Positions 11,604 to 23,540 of a stretch of 64,000 nucleotides of DNA are shown here, piece after piece. Both the position numbers and the translations under genes were made by a program. Numbering within the stretch: position 1 is the first letter of the stretch; the number at the start of each line of letters is the position of its first letter. The notes beneath the pieces are model-generated. The model saw only the letters and a program-made list of their open reading frames with translations. It made no database searches and was not told where the DNA came from. Origin of the DNA: Lama guanicoe (lineage: Eukaryota); the NCBI GenBank assembly GCA_013239625.1, contig MU053881.1, forward strand, positions 4,051,957 to 4,115,956. The letters run 5' to 3'.

Positions 11604-12660
11604 TGATGTTATCTGCATAGGAGAGAATTCTCCCAGAAAACCGATGGTTGGAGTTCTGTAGAGCTTGGTAATTCTCTTCCCTTAGCCTACTGCCTCCCAC
11701 CCAGACTCTCCCTGTTGTCTCGGGGCAGAGTGGTCTCCTCACCATCTTAAAAGTCCCATACTGCCTGGTAAGCTGAGGTTTGTGTACACTGAAAGAGTGA
11801 ACTGGAGGGAGACCTGTTCCCTCCTGCTGAGGTCACAGTGCATCATGGGAGGCCCTGGGACCCACACCACAGCTGTCATTCAGACATCTGCAGCTGTCTC
11901 ATGACGAAGGAGGCCACGCTGGTTTGCTTTTCCCAGTGCTGTTCCATGTGGACCACAGCGCTTTTCCTTTGGAATTCTTATATTTGGCTTACTGGAACAC
12001 TATTTTGTTTTTGAACTAATGTATTGAAAGAGAAGAGGAAACACCAGCCCCAAATATGCCACTTTGGCATATTGATGATTATTATTTTTTGATGGTGGGA
12101 GGTAATCAGGTTTGTTTGTTTATTTAATGGAGGCACTGGGGATTGAACCCAGGACCTTGTGCAATCCAGAACTTAGTTACGTTCGGTATGACAGGAAATA
12201 CAGCATCTATTCCAGATGCCCAACCCAAAACTGGAGGTTTTATTACTAAAGGAAGGGAAAAGAATGCGTATTAGGATAATTACATACAGTTTCTGCTATA
12301 CTTCCATCCAGTCACCCAAAGTGGAATCTCGGTCCTTCTCAGCTGCTCCCCCTTAAGCCGTGTCAATTTTACCTTCTCAGTAGACAAGCTGCTCATCAGC
12401 CTGGGCTTTGGAGTCAAACCAACCTGAAACTGAATCCCTGTTTTATTTCTTAATAGCCTTGTGACCTTACACTTCTACTCTCTGATCCTTTGCATAAGCT
12501 TCTCCCAAGCTTGGAAGAAGCCCCTTATTCAGGGACCATGTACTTCCTTTCCGATCTATTCTTCCCTAAACGCTGTATCTAGTCATTTCTTTATGCCCAG
12601 CATAAAATCAACACTCAGGGAACATTCTTGTGTTTCAACTACTTCCAAATATAATATTTA

Positions 12661-13576
12661 NNNNNNNNNNNNNNNNNNNNNNNNNNNNNNNNNNNNNNNN
12701 NNNNNNNNNNNNNNNNNNNNNNNNNNNNNNNNNNNNNNNNNNNNNNNNNNNNNNNNNNNNNNNNNNNNNNNNNNNNNNNNNNNNNNNNNNNNNNNNNNNN
12801 NNNNNNNNNNNNNNNNNNNNNNNNNNNNNNNNNNNNNNNNNNNNNNNNNNNNNNNNNNNNNNNNNNNNNNNNNNNNNNNNNNNNNNNNNNNNNNNNNNNN
12901 NNNNNNNNNNNNNNNNNNNNNNNNNNNNNNNNNNNNNNNNNNNNNNNNNNNNNNNNNNNNNNNNNNNNNNNNNNNNNNNNNNNNNNNNNNNNNNNNNNNN
13001 NNNNNNNNNNNNNNNNNNNNNNNNNNNNNNNNNNNNNNNNNNNNNNNNNNNNNNNNNNNNNNNNNNNNNNNNNNNNNNNNNNNNNNNNNNNNNNNNNNNN
13101 NNNNNNNNNNNNNNNNNNNNNNNNNNNNNNNNNNNNNNNNNNNNNNNNNNNNNNNNNNNNNNNNNNNNNNNNNNNNNNNNNNNNNNNNNNNNNNNNNNNN
13201 NNNNNNNNNNNNNNNNNNNNNNNNNNNNNNNNNNNNNNNNNNNNNNNNNNNNNNNNNNNNNNNNNNNNNNNNNNNNNNNNNNNNNNNNNNNNNNNNNNNN
13301 NNNNNNNNNNNNNNNNNNNNNNNNNNNNNNNNNNNNNNNNNNNNNNNNNNNNNNNNNNNNNNNNNNNNNNNNNNNNNNNNNNNNNNNNNNNNNNNNNNNN
13401 NNNNNNNNNNNNNNNNNNNNNNNNNNNNNNNNNNNNNNNNNNNNNNNNNNNNNNNNNNNNNNNNNNNNNNNNNNNNNNNNNNNNNNNNNNNNNNNNNNNN
13501 NNNNNNNNNNNNNNNNNNNNNNNNNNNNNNNNNNNNNNNNNNNNNNNNNNNNNNNNNNNNNNNNNNNNNNNNNNNN
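12661..13576. other. Assembly gap (916 N)
   Basis: N run whose flanks match ~10552 and 11484 of the sister copy. Confidence 0.99.
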
Positions 13577-14117
13577 GAAAAAAACGATTTTTAAATTACA
13601 CAACCAAAAACTTAATTTAAAAAAATTTCATGTACCACCCCAAATCACCCCATTAACCAGCCACGTACTATGTAAGCCAAGCTTTGGGGAAGACTGTGAT
13701 GTTATCTGCATAGGAGAGAATTCTCCCAGAAAACCGATGGTTGGAGTTTTGTAGAGCTTGGTAATTCTCTTCCCTTAGCCTACTGCCTCCCACCCAGACT
13801 CTCCCTGTTGTCTCGGGGCAGAGCAGTCTCCTCACCATCTTAAAAGTCCCATCCTGCCTGGTAAGCTGAGGTTTGTGTACACTGAAAGAGTGAACTGGAG
13901 GGAGACCTGTTCCCTCCTGCCGAGGTCACAGTGCATCATGGGAGGCCCTGGGACCCACACCACAGCTGTCGTTCAGACATCTGCAGCTGTCTCATGACGA
14001 AGGAGGCCACGCTGGTTTGCTTTTCCCAGTGCTGTTCCATGTGGACCACAGCGCTTTTCCTTTGGAATTCTTATATTTGGCTTACTGGAACACTATTTTG
14101 TTTTTGAACTAATGTAT

Positions 14118-14756
14118 TGAAAGAGAAGAGGAAACACCAGCCCCAAATATGCCACTTTGGCATATTGATGATTATTATTTTTTGATGGTGGGAGGTAATC
14201 AGGTTTGTTTGTTTATTTAATGGAGGCACTGGGGATTGAACCCAGGACCTTGTGCATGCTAGGCATGCACTCTACCACTGAGCCATACCCTGTTCTCCAT
14301 GGATTGATTACTTTTAATTAAAGGTATTTGAGAAACAGCCAGTGCAAGAAGGATGCTCTGAGCCTCCTTCATCCTCCTGAAAGCAGGGGATAAATATCCC
14401 CGGTGAGAGGTGCCCTCCCTGTACCAGGGGAGTAGAAGGCATCTCTATCATCAGAGTTAGGGAATTTAGGGCCAAGAAAGCCATATAAACACACCTTGTC
14501 TCCTCTTTACCAATTTACTATCAAGCCCAAACCCCTTGTATTGTCAGTTCTTCATAAATGTATTTATTGCTTCTTTGTCTAAAAGGTATAGAAGCTTGCT
14601 ACTTTGGTCACCTCTTTGAGTCTTAAATTTTTATGGGGCTCCAGAATGTATGAAATTAAATTTCTTTTTTCCCCTCTTAATATGTTATGTCAGTTTTAAT
14701 CATTAAACCATCCAAAGAAGCTAGAAGTGAAAAGTGAACATTTTTCCACCCCTACA
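14118..14756 (+). mobile_element. ERV1-type solo LTR (MER34/MER39-like) with nested SINE
   Basis: TG...CA ends, 4 bp TSD GTAT (14114-14117 / 14757-14760), 'ccccaaatatgccactttggcata' signature. Confidence 0.8.
14177..14298 (-). mobile_element. vic-1-type SINE (truncated duplicate at ~12085-12163)
   Basis: 'ggggattgaacccaggaccttgtgcatgctaggcatgcactctaccactgagc'. Confidence 0.88.
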
Positions 14757-14760
14757 GTAT

Positions 14761-15690
14761 CATCAGTTGGAGATTTCTGGGGGTACAAGTGACAGAAAAA
14801 TTCTTCCCAGATGCATGTAAGTAAAAATTAAAAATTATCAGCTCATGTAACTAAACAGTCTGGAGGCTTCAGGCAAGGCTTGATCCAGGGCTAAAATCAT
14901 GTGACTAAGATGGGCTTCTCTTTTCGCTTATCAGCCCTGTTTCCTGCAGTGTGGCTTCTTTCTCTGCAGGCTCTCCAGCTGTGGTCACAAAGGATTAATT
15001 TGAGCTCCCAGGGCTCATGTGTTCCAGTTCAAAGCCAGCCGAAATACGTGAGCCTCAGTGAGCAGTCTTCTCAGCAAATTCCAGAATCCATTCTGATTGC
15101 AAGCTTTAGGATCCATGCTCACACCTGAATCAGTCAATCAATCACCATTGCCAGGGAAAACGGCATTTTGGTTACTTAGTCCTGTGTCAGTCAATGCCAC
15201 CAGAAACCCATGGACTAAAAGTCGAGTGGGAAGTGGCCCTATAGAGGGAAACTGCGGGGTGGTTACAAGAAGAGTGAATGGATGTTGGGGGCAGAAACCA
15301 CACACCTTCAGACTGTCAGTGAGTATGATGATCAGCTGCTATAACAGAAAAGCAAAAAATGGCTTTAAAGAGAGACGTACAGTTCCCTTTCACAAATACA
15401 AAAGGGGGGCGTGGGGGGTATGCAAAGCTGGTGTGATGTCATTAAAAACTTGCATGTAGCATCTACTCTCCTCGTTACGCCCTGGTCCTAGGTGGATGCT
15501 GTAGTTACAGCTTGATATCCTGAGTAGGCAGTAGGAGGAAGCAGATAAGGGGGGTGGGGGGCAACGGGAGGCAAACGGGCTCCCTGCCCGGCTCAGTTTA
15601 TCAGCCACTCACGTCCCATGACCTGCCTAGTTCCAAGATACGGACAACTAGATACATGTCATCTTTTGTCCCAAGCAACTAAACATCAGG
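14761..15690. mobile_element. Old MaLR/MLT1-type LTR remnants (probably two)
   Basis: 'caagtgacagaaaa...gctcatgtaact...ggcttcaggcaaggcttgatccagggc' and 'tcagctgctataacagaaaagcaaaaaatggcttta'. Confidence 0.5.
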
Positions 15691-17219
15691 ATTCTGTGAC
15701 TTAACTGAAGCCCTTTTAAATATGTCACTTCTGGTTGGAACTTAGCGTCTGAGACCAGTTTCAAGCATGTTTCATTTGCCTTTACATTGAAAGCCAAAGC
15801 CGTGACCTTCGCATGCCACCGAGGATCCTTTATCTTATCTGATATTTGATGCCTACAGAGCCTGGGGAGCAGGCATTACTGCTCCCACACAGTACAAGTG
15901 AGAAAACCAGGTTCAAAGAGGTGAAGCAACCGGTGCCCCATCAGCCCATCACACCAAGGGTAAGTACCAGATCCGGGATTCAAACTCCCGTCTCCTCTTC
16001 CACTAGTCCCCATCACGGCAGCTGCCCCCTCTGAGAAGTGGGGATGAGTTAGAACCTCCCTCCTCCACCCCAGTAGGATCCAGCTTTGAGTCGATATCCA
16101 TAAATGTGCTGCTGGCTGCCGGGGCAACGACAGGTGGATGGGGAAGGATGCAGAAAACTCGGTGGTGGTGATTGTTACTTGAATACAAATCAACACACAC
16201 ACTGATAGATCCTCCTGAACAATTAATTCTTAAATCAGAAATTGCGTATCAGAATGGATCCGCCTGTTTAATACAGAGCCGGGCACTCCCCTGCAGCAAA
16301 ATGATTTTGCAGCTGGAATCTCTGAGGCTCAGAGCGATGATTTCCTATGAAGCAAACAGCTCACAGCTGTCATCTATGCCATGTACTAAATGCACTTTTA
16401 AACTGGGGTTGTATTTGTGGCCCGGTGACTCCAATTTGCAATCCCTTGTGTTTATTTGCATGACTCACTGTTTTTAAGTATTTTGACTTTGAAGGTTGTT
16501 AGATACAGTGATGCCTTCCCAGGGGCTGTCAGGTCGTGCACCGCCTGCCTGCCTGGCGTCTGAAGGCCCCTGCTTTCAATGGATTTCAATTTTGATACTG
16601 CTTTTAAAGCCCGGCTGTGGATTTTCTCTTTTTTCATTTTTTCCAGGCCAGCAAACAGCTGAGTCAGTGTGGAGCCACACACAGTCCTTCCTGTGAAGCG
16701 TATTTCTCCAGACCCTCTGCCTTCACATGGCTTGTCTTTGGTGCTTTGTCTCTCCTCACCTTGTCCCCCAGGTGAACCCCTACTGTGTTCAAATGTAATC
16801 CACTGTTCTGATCTGCTCTGCTTGCCTCTGGGGCAAAACCCAGCTACCTGCTCGCTCCTGTTCTGGGATGTTTTTCTCCAGGCTCTGCCATCCTTGACCT
16901 TGTATCTTCTTTCTCTCCTCCAGCTTCTGCCCTGTGGCTGGTACTCAAGCCCCTACCTCTGCCTGGCCCCCTGGCCCCGGGGTGCGGGGGAGTGGTGCCC
17001 CCTCAGCTTCCCTGGGGGGATTCTGCCTCGGTGGCGAAGGAGGAGCCTGTCCAAGAATTTGAACTGGTAGAAACAAAACACAAACACGCTTTCCAAGTGA
17101 CTTCCGGGCCAAGGCCCAGGGCCAATGACTCTTATTTTGGAGTTGAAGTCAAAGCAGCCCAGAGCCTTGTGTGAGGTGGAGAAAGGCTGTGTTTCTCTGC
17201 ATAATCGAGTCACAGGAAC

Positions 17220-17863
17220 TGAGACAGCAGGGAAGGGGGCAGGGCACAGCCACTCAAGGAATGACAGCAATTTAACACCAAAACGGTGGAAGAGACAACT
17301 CCCAGCTGGTCTTGAGGATTAAGAGGATTAAGACTTCTGGTAGACCTTGACCCTCATTCTATGCTCATTGTAGCAGCGTGATAAATAACCTGCCCGCAGG
17401 CGCCACGGCAGCCCCAAGGCTGACCACAAAAGGCCAAAGAATGGGCGGGGCCCAGTTCCTGGGAATCTCAGCCCCTTCCCCAGGGCAGTTGGGATGGTCC
17501 CAGGTGTAGGCATGTGATGCTACTGAGCCCATAACAGCTGGCAACATCGAGCCTAGCGGCCCCTTTTTTCTGCTCCCCCCTCTTTGGAGACAGCCTGCAC
17601 TCTGTCTATGGAGTGTGTACCTCCTTTTTACTTTAACCTGAGCACCCAACCCCCACACCTCTTTCCTTGCCTTTCTCTTGCCTTAAACTCTATGCAGTGT
17701 GTATCTCTCTAAATAAATCTACCTTTTCTCAATGGTGGCTCGCACTTGAATTCTTTCCTGCGCGAAGCCAAGGACCCACACTTGGCGAGTCACATCCCAG
17801 GGGCGCAACCGAAGCCTGGGACACGGCCCTTCTCATCCCCTACATCCGTTTTTTTCTGCACCA
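17220..17863 (+). mobile_element. ERV1-like solo LTR
   Basis: TGAGACAG...TGCACCA, AATAAA at ~17712, perfect 4 bp TSD GAAC (17216-17219 / 17864-17867). Confidence 0.88.
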
Positions 17864-18733
17864 GAACCAGGAGCCTGCCCTGGGCAGCCAGGAGGTAGGG
17901 AAGAGGAGCCCAGAGAGAGAGAGAGAGACGTTTCCAGCCATGTGGGGGCAGGCTGGGTTTTAGGGAGAAAATGGCCCCAGGAGAGACTCGAAGTAGGCGG
18001 TCAGGAGGAAGATCCAAGAGTGGTGACTGGATGAGCTGGTTCCTAGTCTTCTTCCAAGGTCTTCCTTCGTGACAGCCCGCCCTGGCCCAAGCCTTTAGAA
18101 CAAGCCTGTGAACACCGCGCAGTCAGGATTAGAGGGCTGGGGGGAGGAGGAGGGGCCGCAGCCTTGGGCACAGAGGCTAATGAGGGGGGGGAGGTCACTT
18201 CTGCTGGGAGCAGGAACGGCGTAAGGGGCATCAGAAGAATGTAAGATGTTCCCCTGCGAATTCTCAGAAAGACTCCCCAAAGTGTGTTATGGGCGATCAA
18301 GCCAATTCACTGGCCATTAAGTGTGGCCCTCAGGGACCAGGGCCAGCTGGGTTCCTGGTTCTTAGCAGGAAGCCCGCCAACACGGGGCTCAGCCCTGTCT
18401 CCCCAGAGTCCTTCCGGCCCTGCTCACATGAGGCTTGGAGGTTCTGAATGCGCTACTTCCTCCAGGAACAGAGGTCACCAGAAATCGTTGCCAAGGCATC
18501 TCCCACCTCCGGAACCAGGGGCTGAAATCAGAGGTGAAGGGCTAAGGGGAGGGGCTTGCAGGAGCGGAAGGGACAGATAAGTGTACTTCCGAGCTGGGCA
18601 ACGGTAACAAGCCAGTAACTTAACCTTGACCACCAGCCTGTGACCTCCAGAGTGGAGATGTTTTCCCAGGTCTCAGGACAAAGTCAGGGAAGAGGGGAAG
18701 ATAGGGCCTCCGCCCCATAAAACTCGTGTTTTA

Positions 18734-19730
18734 TGATTTGTTTGGTTTTTTTTTTAACATTTTTTACTGATTTATAACCATTTTACAATGTTCTGTCAAA
18801 TCCCAGTGTAGGGCACAATTTTGCAGTTATACATGAACATATATACATTCCTTTCTCTGTGAGCTACCATAAGATCTTGTATATATTTCCCTGTGCTATA
18901 CAGTATAATCTTGTTTATCTATTCTATGTATGCCTGTCAGTATCTACAATTTTGAAATCCCAGTCTGTCCCTTCCTACCCCCCACCCCCTTGGCAACCAC
19001 AAGTTTGTGTTCTGTGTCTATGAGTCTGTTTCTGTTCTGTATTTATACTTTATTTGTGTGTGTGTTTTGTTTTGTTTTGTTTTGTTTTAGATTCCACATA
19101 TAAGCGATCTCATATGGTATTTTTCTTTCTCTTTCTGGCTTACTTCACTTAGAATGACATTCTCCAGGAGCATCCATGTTGCTGCAAATGGTGTTATGTT
19201 GTCGGTTTTTATGGCTGAGTAGTATTCCATTGTATAAATATACCACACCTTCTTTATCCAGTCATCCGTTGGTGGACATTTAGGCTGTCTCCGTGTCTTG
19301 GCTATTGTAAATAGTGCTGCTATGAACATTGGGGTGCAGGTGTCTTTTTGAAGTAGGGTTCCTTCTGGATACAAGCCCAGGAGTGGGATTCCTGGGTCAT
19401 ATGGTAAGTCTATTCCTAGTCTTTTGAGGAATCTCCACACTGTTTTCCATAGTGGCTGCACCAAACTGCATTCCCACCAGCAGTGTAGGAGGGTTCCCCT
19501 TTCTCCACAGCCTCTCCAACATTTGTCATTTGTGGATTTTTGAATGACGGCCATTCTGACTGGTGTGAGGTGATACCTCATTGTAGTTTTGATTTGCATT
19601 TCTCTGATAATTAGTGATATTGAGCATTTCTTCATGTGCTTTTTGATCATTTGTATGTCTTCCTTGGAGAATTGCTTGATTAGGTCTTCTGCCCATTTTC
19701 GGACTGGGTTGTTTGGTTGTTTCTTATGGC
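18734..19730 (-). mobile_element. Young 5'-truncated L1 (ORF2 C-terminus, 3'UTR and poly-A)
   Basis: Open ORF2 frame; TSD aactcgtgtttta (18721-18733) / aactcatgtttta (19731-19743). Confidence 0.95.
19087..19730 (-). pseudogene. L1 ORF2p C-terminal (cysteine-rich) domain fragment
   Basis: '[28 protein letters not shown]...[30 protein letters not shown]...[14 protein letters not shown]...[13 protein letters not shown]'. Confidence 0.95.
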
Positions 19731-20589
19731 AACTCATGTTTTAGAGCAGAGAGCAGGAGGCCATCCCGGCAAAGCCGACCTGGGATTACTGCTTCGCTGA
19801 GCGCAGCTGATGCAAGGCCTCGGCCAGCCTTAGCCTCACATCCCTGATCTGCCTCCCAGGCAGAACCCTCGTCTCAGGCCCCCTGAAAGGCCCAGCACAG
19901 GCAGGAGAACCAATTAATTAGAGAAAGTGTTCTCTATACGTGCACTTTCTGGGGAGAAGATAATTAGATTTCTGTGGTTAAGAAGACAAACTCCCGTTCG
20001 GTCTCTTCCAAGAACGGGGCCACTTCCTCTCTGAACACAGCAGATTTCTTCCTGTTTCATTCATTGGGATTCTACTGCCTGATGGGGTGCTTGGTTTATA
20101 AGTGGGGTGAAGATTGCCAGGGGACTTCAGGAACAGGGACAAAGCCCCCTGCATCCCCAGAGTGAGGCCAGGTCTCTAGAGGGACAGAATAATCTTCTTA
20201 GATGTCAAGGTGTCCTCCTGTGTCAGCCAGTGCCACCTGGCACTGCCTGATACTTTGTCTCCAATGGGTTCTTCACTCCCTGTCCTGGACAAGGACCTCA
20301 AAGTAATCCCAGGAGCAAAGTTTGTCATATCAAGGAAACACTGCCCTTGGATATAAAGAGAAAGCGTATTCCGTGACCATCAGGGGAGACTGGGTTCAGT
20401 TTCCTACACCTGGCAGAGAGAGCCACATGGCAGCCGAAGACAAGAAATGAGACCCATCGCATGTGATCTGACTCCCAGGATCTCCTCTACTCAGCCAAAT
20501 ATTCTTTTTAAAAAACAAACAAACAGAAAAAGCTTTATTGGTGGAGTGTAGTTGATTTACAACGTTGTGTTAGTTTCTGGGTTTGAAGA

Positions 20590-20790
20590 GCAAGGCTAAC
20601 ATTTACTGAGCATCTGGTAAATGTCAGATGTTTGATGTGCAAGACTTCATTTAATCCTCACAATAAACCTAAAAGGAATGTACGCTTATTCCTCCCATTT
20701 CATACGTGAGGAAGTAGTAGTCTAAGATCGCCTTGCGAGTAAGTGGCAGGACCAGGTCACAGACGCAGTTCTTTCTGATCCCAAACCTTC
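20590..20790. mobile_element. MIR
   Basis: 'gctaacatttactgagcatct...catttaatcctcacaataaacc...cccatttcatacgtgaggaa'. Confidence 0.7.
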
Positions 20791-21119
20791 CCATCTTCCC
20801 GATGGGCTGTCTTGCCCCAGCCCAGAGTAGGCTCTTTGCCCTTGCCAGCGAGCCATCTTTGGATGCTACTTGAAAGTCCAGGGGACAGTGGACTTCATGA
20901 CCACACCCTCAAGTGCCTGCCCTTGAAGAGTGAATCATAATGGCTGGAGAAACCCTTGGATGAAGGCAGGATACCATTTTATTAAGAACCCACAGACTTT
21001 CTAAGGCTAATCAGGGGGTCCAAAGGACCAGCTGCTGGCCAATTTGGCCCAGAGATGTGTTATTTCTTTCCACGCAATGTCAGTACTGCCTCTGCTTGTT
21101 TGTTTTTTAGTTGGAGTTA

Positions 21120-21645
21120 CTGTATTTCTTTGGGGTTTTTTTCCCCGTTTTCTCATTTTCGCATCCCTGAAATCAAGATGCATCTTAAAGATGCCGCTGG
21201 CAAGGCATAAGCCATAACTGTCAGTGTCTGTGTCTGCTTATCAAGGCTTGCAGAATGGGTATTAGCAGCTTGCAAAAGATCCTGGAGGCAAGAGCAGAGC
21301 AGGCACAGAGGATGATACAGTGTGGGAAAGACGCAGATTTCAACCACACTGCTGGAGAAGCAACGCAAAGCAGTCAGATTTTAAGCGGGAAGATGTTTCA
21401 GGGGAACTTCAAACTGATTAATTTTGCATGAGATTTCCTTTCCAGATATGCACAAGCTTGATGTGGCATAAAGGTTTTGCGTCTAAATAAGTTTAAAATG
21501 GCTCTTTCTGTATGTATAAAATTAATCTTGAAGTGATAAGAAAGACCTGGGTCATAGCATAAGTAGCCAATTGCATTTTCTCAGTGGTATATAAAATGAC
21601 AGTGCAACTTAAAATAGATGATGTCTTAAATTTGACGAAGTATGG
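21120..21645 (+). mobile_element. Kanga1/MER104-like TcMar (Tc2) internally deleted transposon
   Basis: TA-flanked ends ctgtatttc...gaagtatgg; 'ctgaaatcaagatgcatctta'; transposase-like 'cttgcagaatgggtattagcagcttg...ggcacagaggatgat'. Confidence 0.6.
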
Positions 21646-21705
21646 TATTTGACCCCCTCAAAAAATTGCTTTCTTGAGCTTCCAGCCAAAAAAATCAGGA
21701 AGTCT

Positions 21706-21857
21706 GGCGGGGAGGGTATAACTCAGTGGTAGAGCATATGCTTAGCATGCACGAGATCCTGGGTTCAATCCCCAGTATCTCCATTAAAAAAATAATAATA
21801 AATAATACATTAATTAATAAATAATAAAAACCTAGTTACCCCCCAAAATGGAGGAAG
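21706..21857 (+). mobile_element. vic-1-type SINE
   Basis: 'ggggagggtataactcagtggtagagcatatgcttagcatgcacgagatcctgggttcaatcccc'; TSD aaatcaggaagtct (21692-21705) / aaatcagaaagtct (21858-21871). Confidence 0.92.
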
Positions 21858-22419
21858 AAATCAGAAAGTCTAATAATACAGTGCCTGTATTTCTTCACAG
21901 CAGCCATTAGCTAGAGAGCTAAGAGGTGGTTTCCCCCATTTGAATAGGGTATACTGCCCTCTCCAGTTTGCCCCAGTCCCCACCATTCCCTACTACCTTA
22001 CACTAGACCCTCTTCAGTCATTCTGGTTACTATGTGGCCTCGGTGGACATTTGAGTCTGTCAGCCTGGAAAAGATAGGTTCAGTGTTGTCTGATCGGGAA
22101 ACCACGATCCATATACGGTCCCAGCAGAAAGGATGAACCTCGAATTCTTTCTTTAGATGAACTTCGGGGAAGGGGAGAAGAATTCAGACCCAAGAGCAGC
22201 TACAGGACAACGGTGCTCAAGAGCACACCTTTGAAGGCACACTTCCTCAGCAGTGTACCAGCATCCCACCCTGTTTCGTTGTTAACTCAAATGACTGGGC
22301 GGCTATCTCCAGCCACTAAATGTCTATTCCGCTCATCCTGTGAGTGTCACAGAGATGTCCAGGCTTGGCCAAAACTGAGCCGAGGAGGCAACCCAGGCTG
22401 GAATCTCTGTTTCCCAAGC

Positions 22420-23540
22420 ATCTATTCATTCACTTGCAAATTTCTGCTGAGCACTGCTAGTGTCAGGCAGCAAGCTGGGCACCTGAGATGTACAAATGAA
22501 GCACATTGTCTACGGAGGAGAAGCCAGCACAGAAAACGATATGGCATGGGGGACGTGTCCTAAAACAAGGAGACAAGTGGCAGGAAAAGTAAGTGATTAT
22601 TTCTATTTTGGGACATCAGAGAAAAGCGATTTCTAAACAGGTTTTTAAAATATGCATACTTGTCTAGGGGACAAGAAGGAAAAGGCATTCTAGACGCGGA
22701 GGCAGGAGGTAATTGAGTGTGACGGAGTCTCGAGGACTGTCCTTGGAGACGATGCTGGAGAGGTCGATGGGTCTGCACTGTGTGAAGCATTTGGAGCCAG
22801 CCTGGAGTCTGGACCTTGTCTTGCCTGCCAGAGAGTCCTCGAAGGGTTTTAATAGTTGGGGCGGAGGGACACAGGAGAATCAAATTCAGAGGCAGGGTGC
22901 AGGGTGGATTTGGAGAGAGAATGGAGACGGAAGACAGGTGGCTGGTAAAACACTTTGGTGAGCAGGGTTGGCACCTGAGGTGAGCCTGTGCTAGAAAGGA
23001 TCCCAAGGAGAGAACATATTCAAGAATGTTTATCTCTACCTTAATTCAAGCCTTGGGATAAGATTATAATTGGAGAGTATTTAAGATATAACATTCATGC
23101 AGGGACCCAGACCCTCCCACCATCTCCTTCTATTCCAGCAAGTGAATGGAAAAATGAGAAAGGGTTCCCCTGGGCCACGCTTGGAAGTGACGACATCACT
23201 CTGATCACATCCGATTGGCTAGAAGTCAGTCACATGACTGTGCCCAGCTGCAAGGGAGCCTGCATCTAAGCTGTGTGCCCAGGAGGAGCAGGGATGCAGA
23301 ACATCGCCACTGCCTCAGAAGATGAGGAAGAAGAACCTCTATCAGAGATTCCCCAGTTACTAAATTGAGCAACCACAGACATGGTGATTCCATCAACCCA
23401 TGAGAAGATGATGGGGGTGGGATGATGGACATTCAGGTCTGCACATAGTAACTTCAAAGAGCAGGTAGATATTTGGGTAGGACTGGATATACGGGTTCTT
23501 AGTTCAAGGTCAACGGGAGCCAAGGAGTGAGACTTTGTGA
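22420..23540 (-). mobile_element. L2 fragments with an internal MLT1-like piece (~23040-23320)
   Basis: 'tattcattcacttgcaaatttctgctgagcac' L2 tail; 'cacatccgattggctagaagtcagtcacatgac' MLT1-like. Confidence 0.55.

Larger units (their letters stand above)
9970..14256 (+). repeat. ~2.2 kb near-identical tandem duplication B (9970-12163 / 12165-14256)
   Basis: Direct identity at initial offset 2195; copy 2 has an ~86 bp deletion and an N gap. Confidence 0.97.
21012..22066 (+). mobile_element. MER102-like hAT DNA transposon, split by two insertions
   Basis: 'caggggg...ggccaatttggccccagagatgtgtt' at the left; 'ctccagtttgccccagtccccaccattccctac...catttgagtctgtcagcctg' at the right. Confidence 0.65.

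Noticed and set aside
4146..13754. Long ORFs of 126-377 aa in the ORF track
   Set aside because: They are X-runs through N gaps, not coding sequence.
540..17863. The two homologous LTRs as the 5' and 3' LTRs of one provirus
   Set aside because: The second LTR has its own GAAC TSD, the copies are clearly diverged, and no PBS/gag/pol/env sequence lies between them.
19087..19737. 216 aa ORF as a host gene
   Set aside because: It is the C-terminus of L1 ORF2p in a 5'-truncated copy lacking a promoter and the EN/RT domains.
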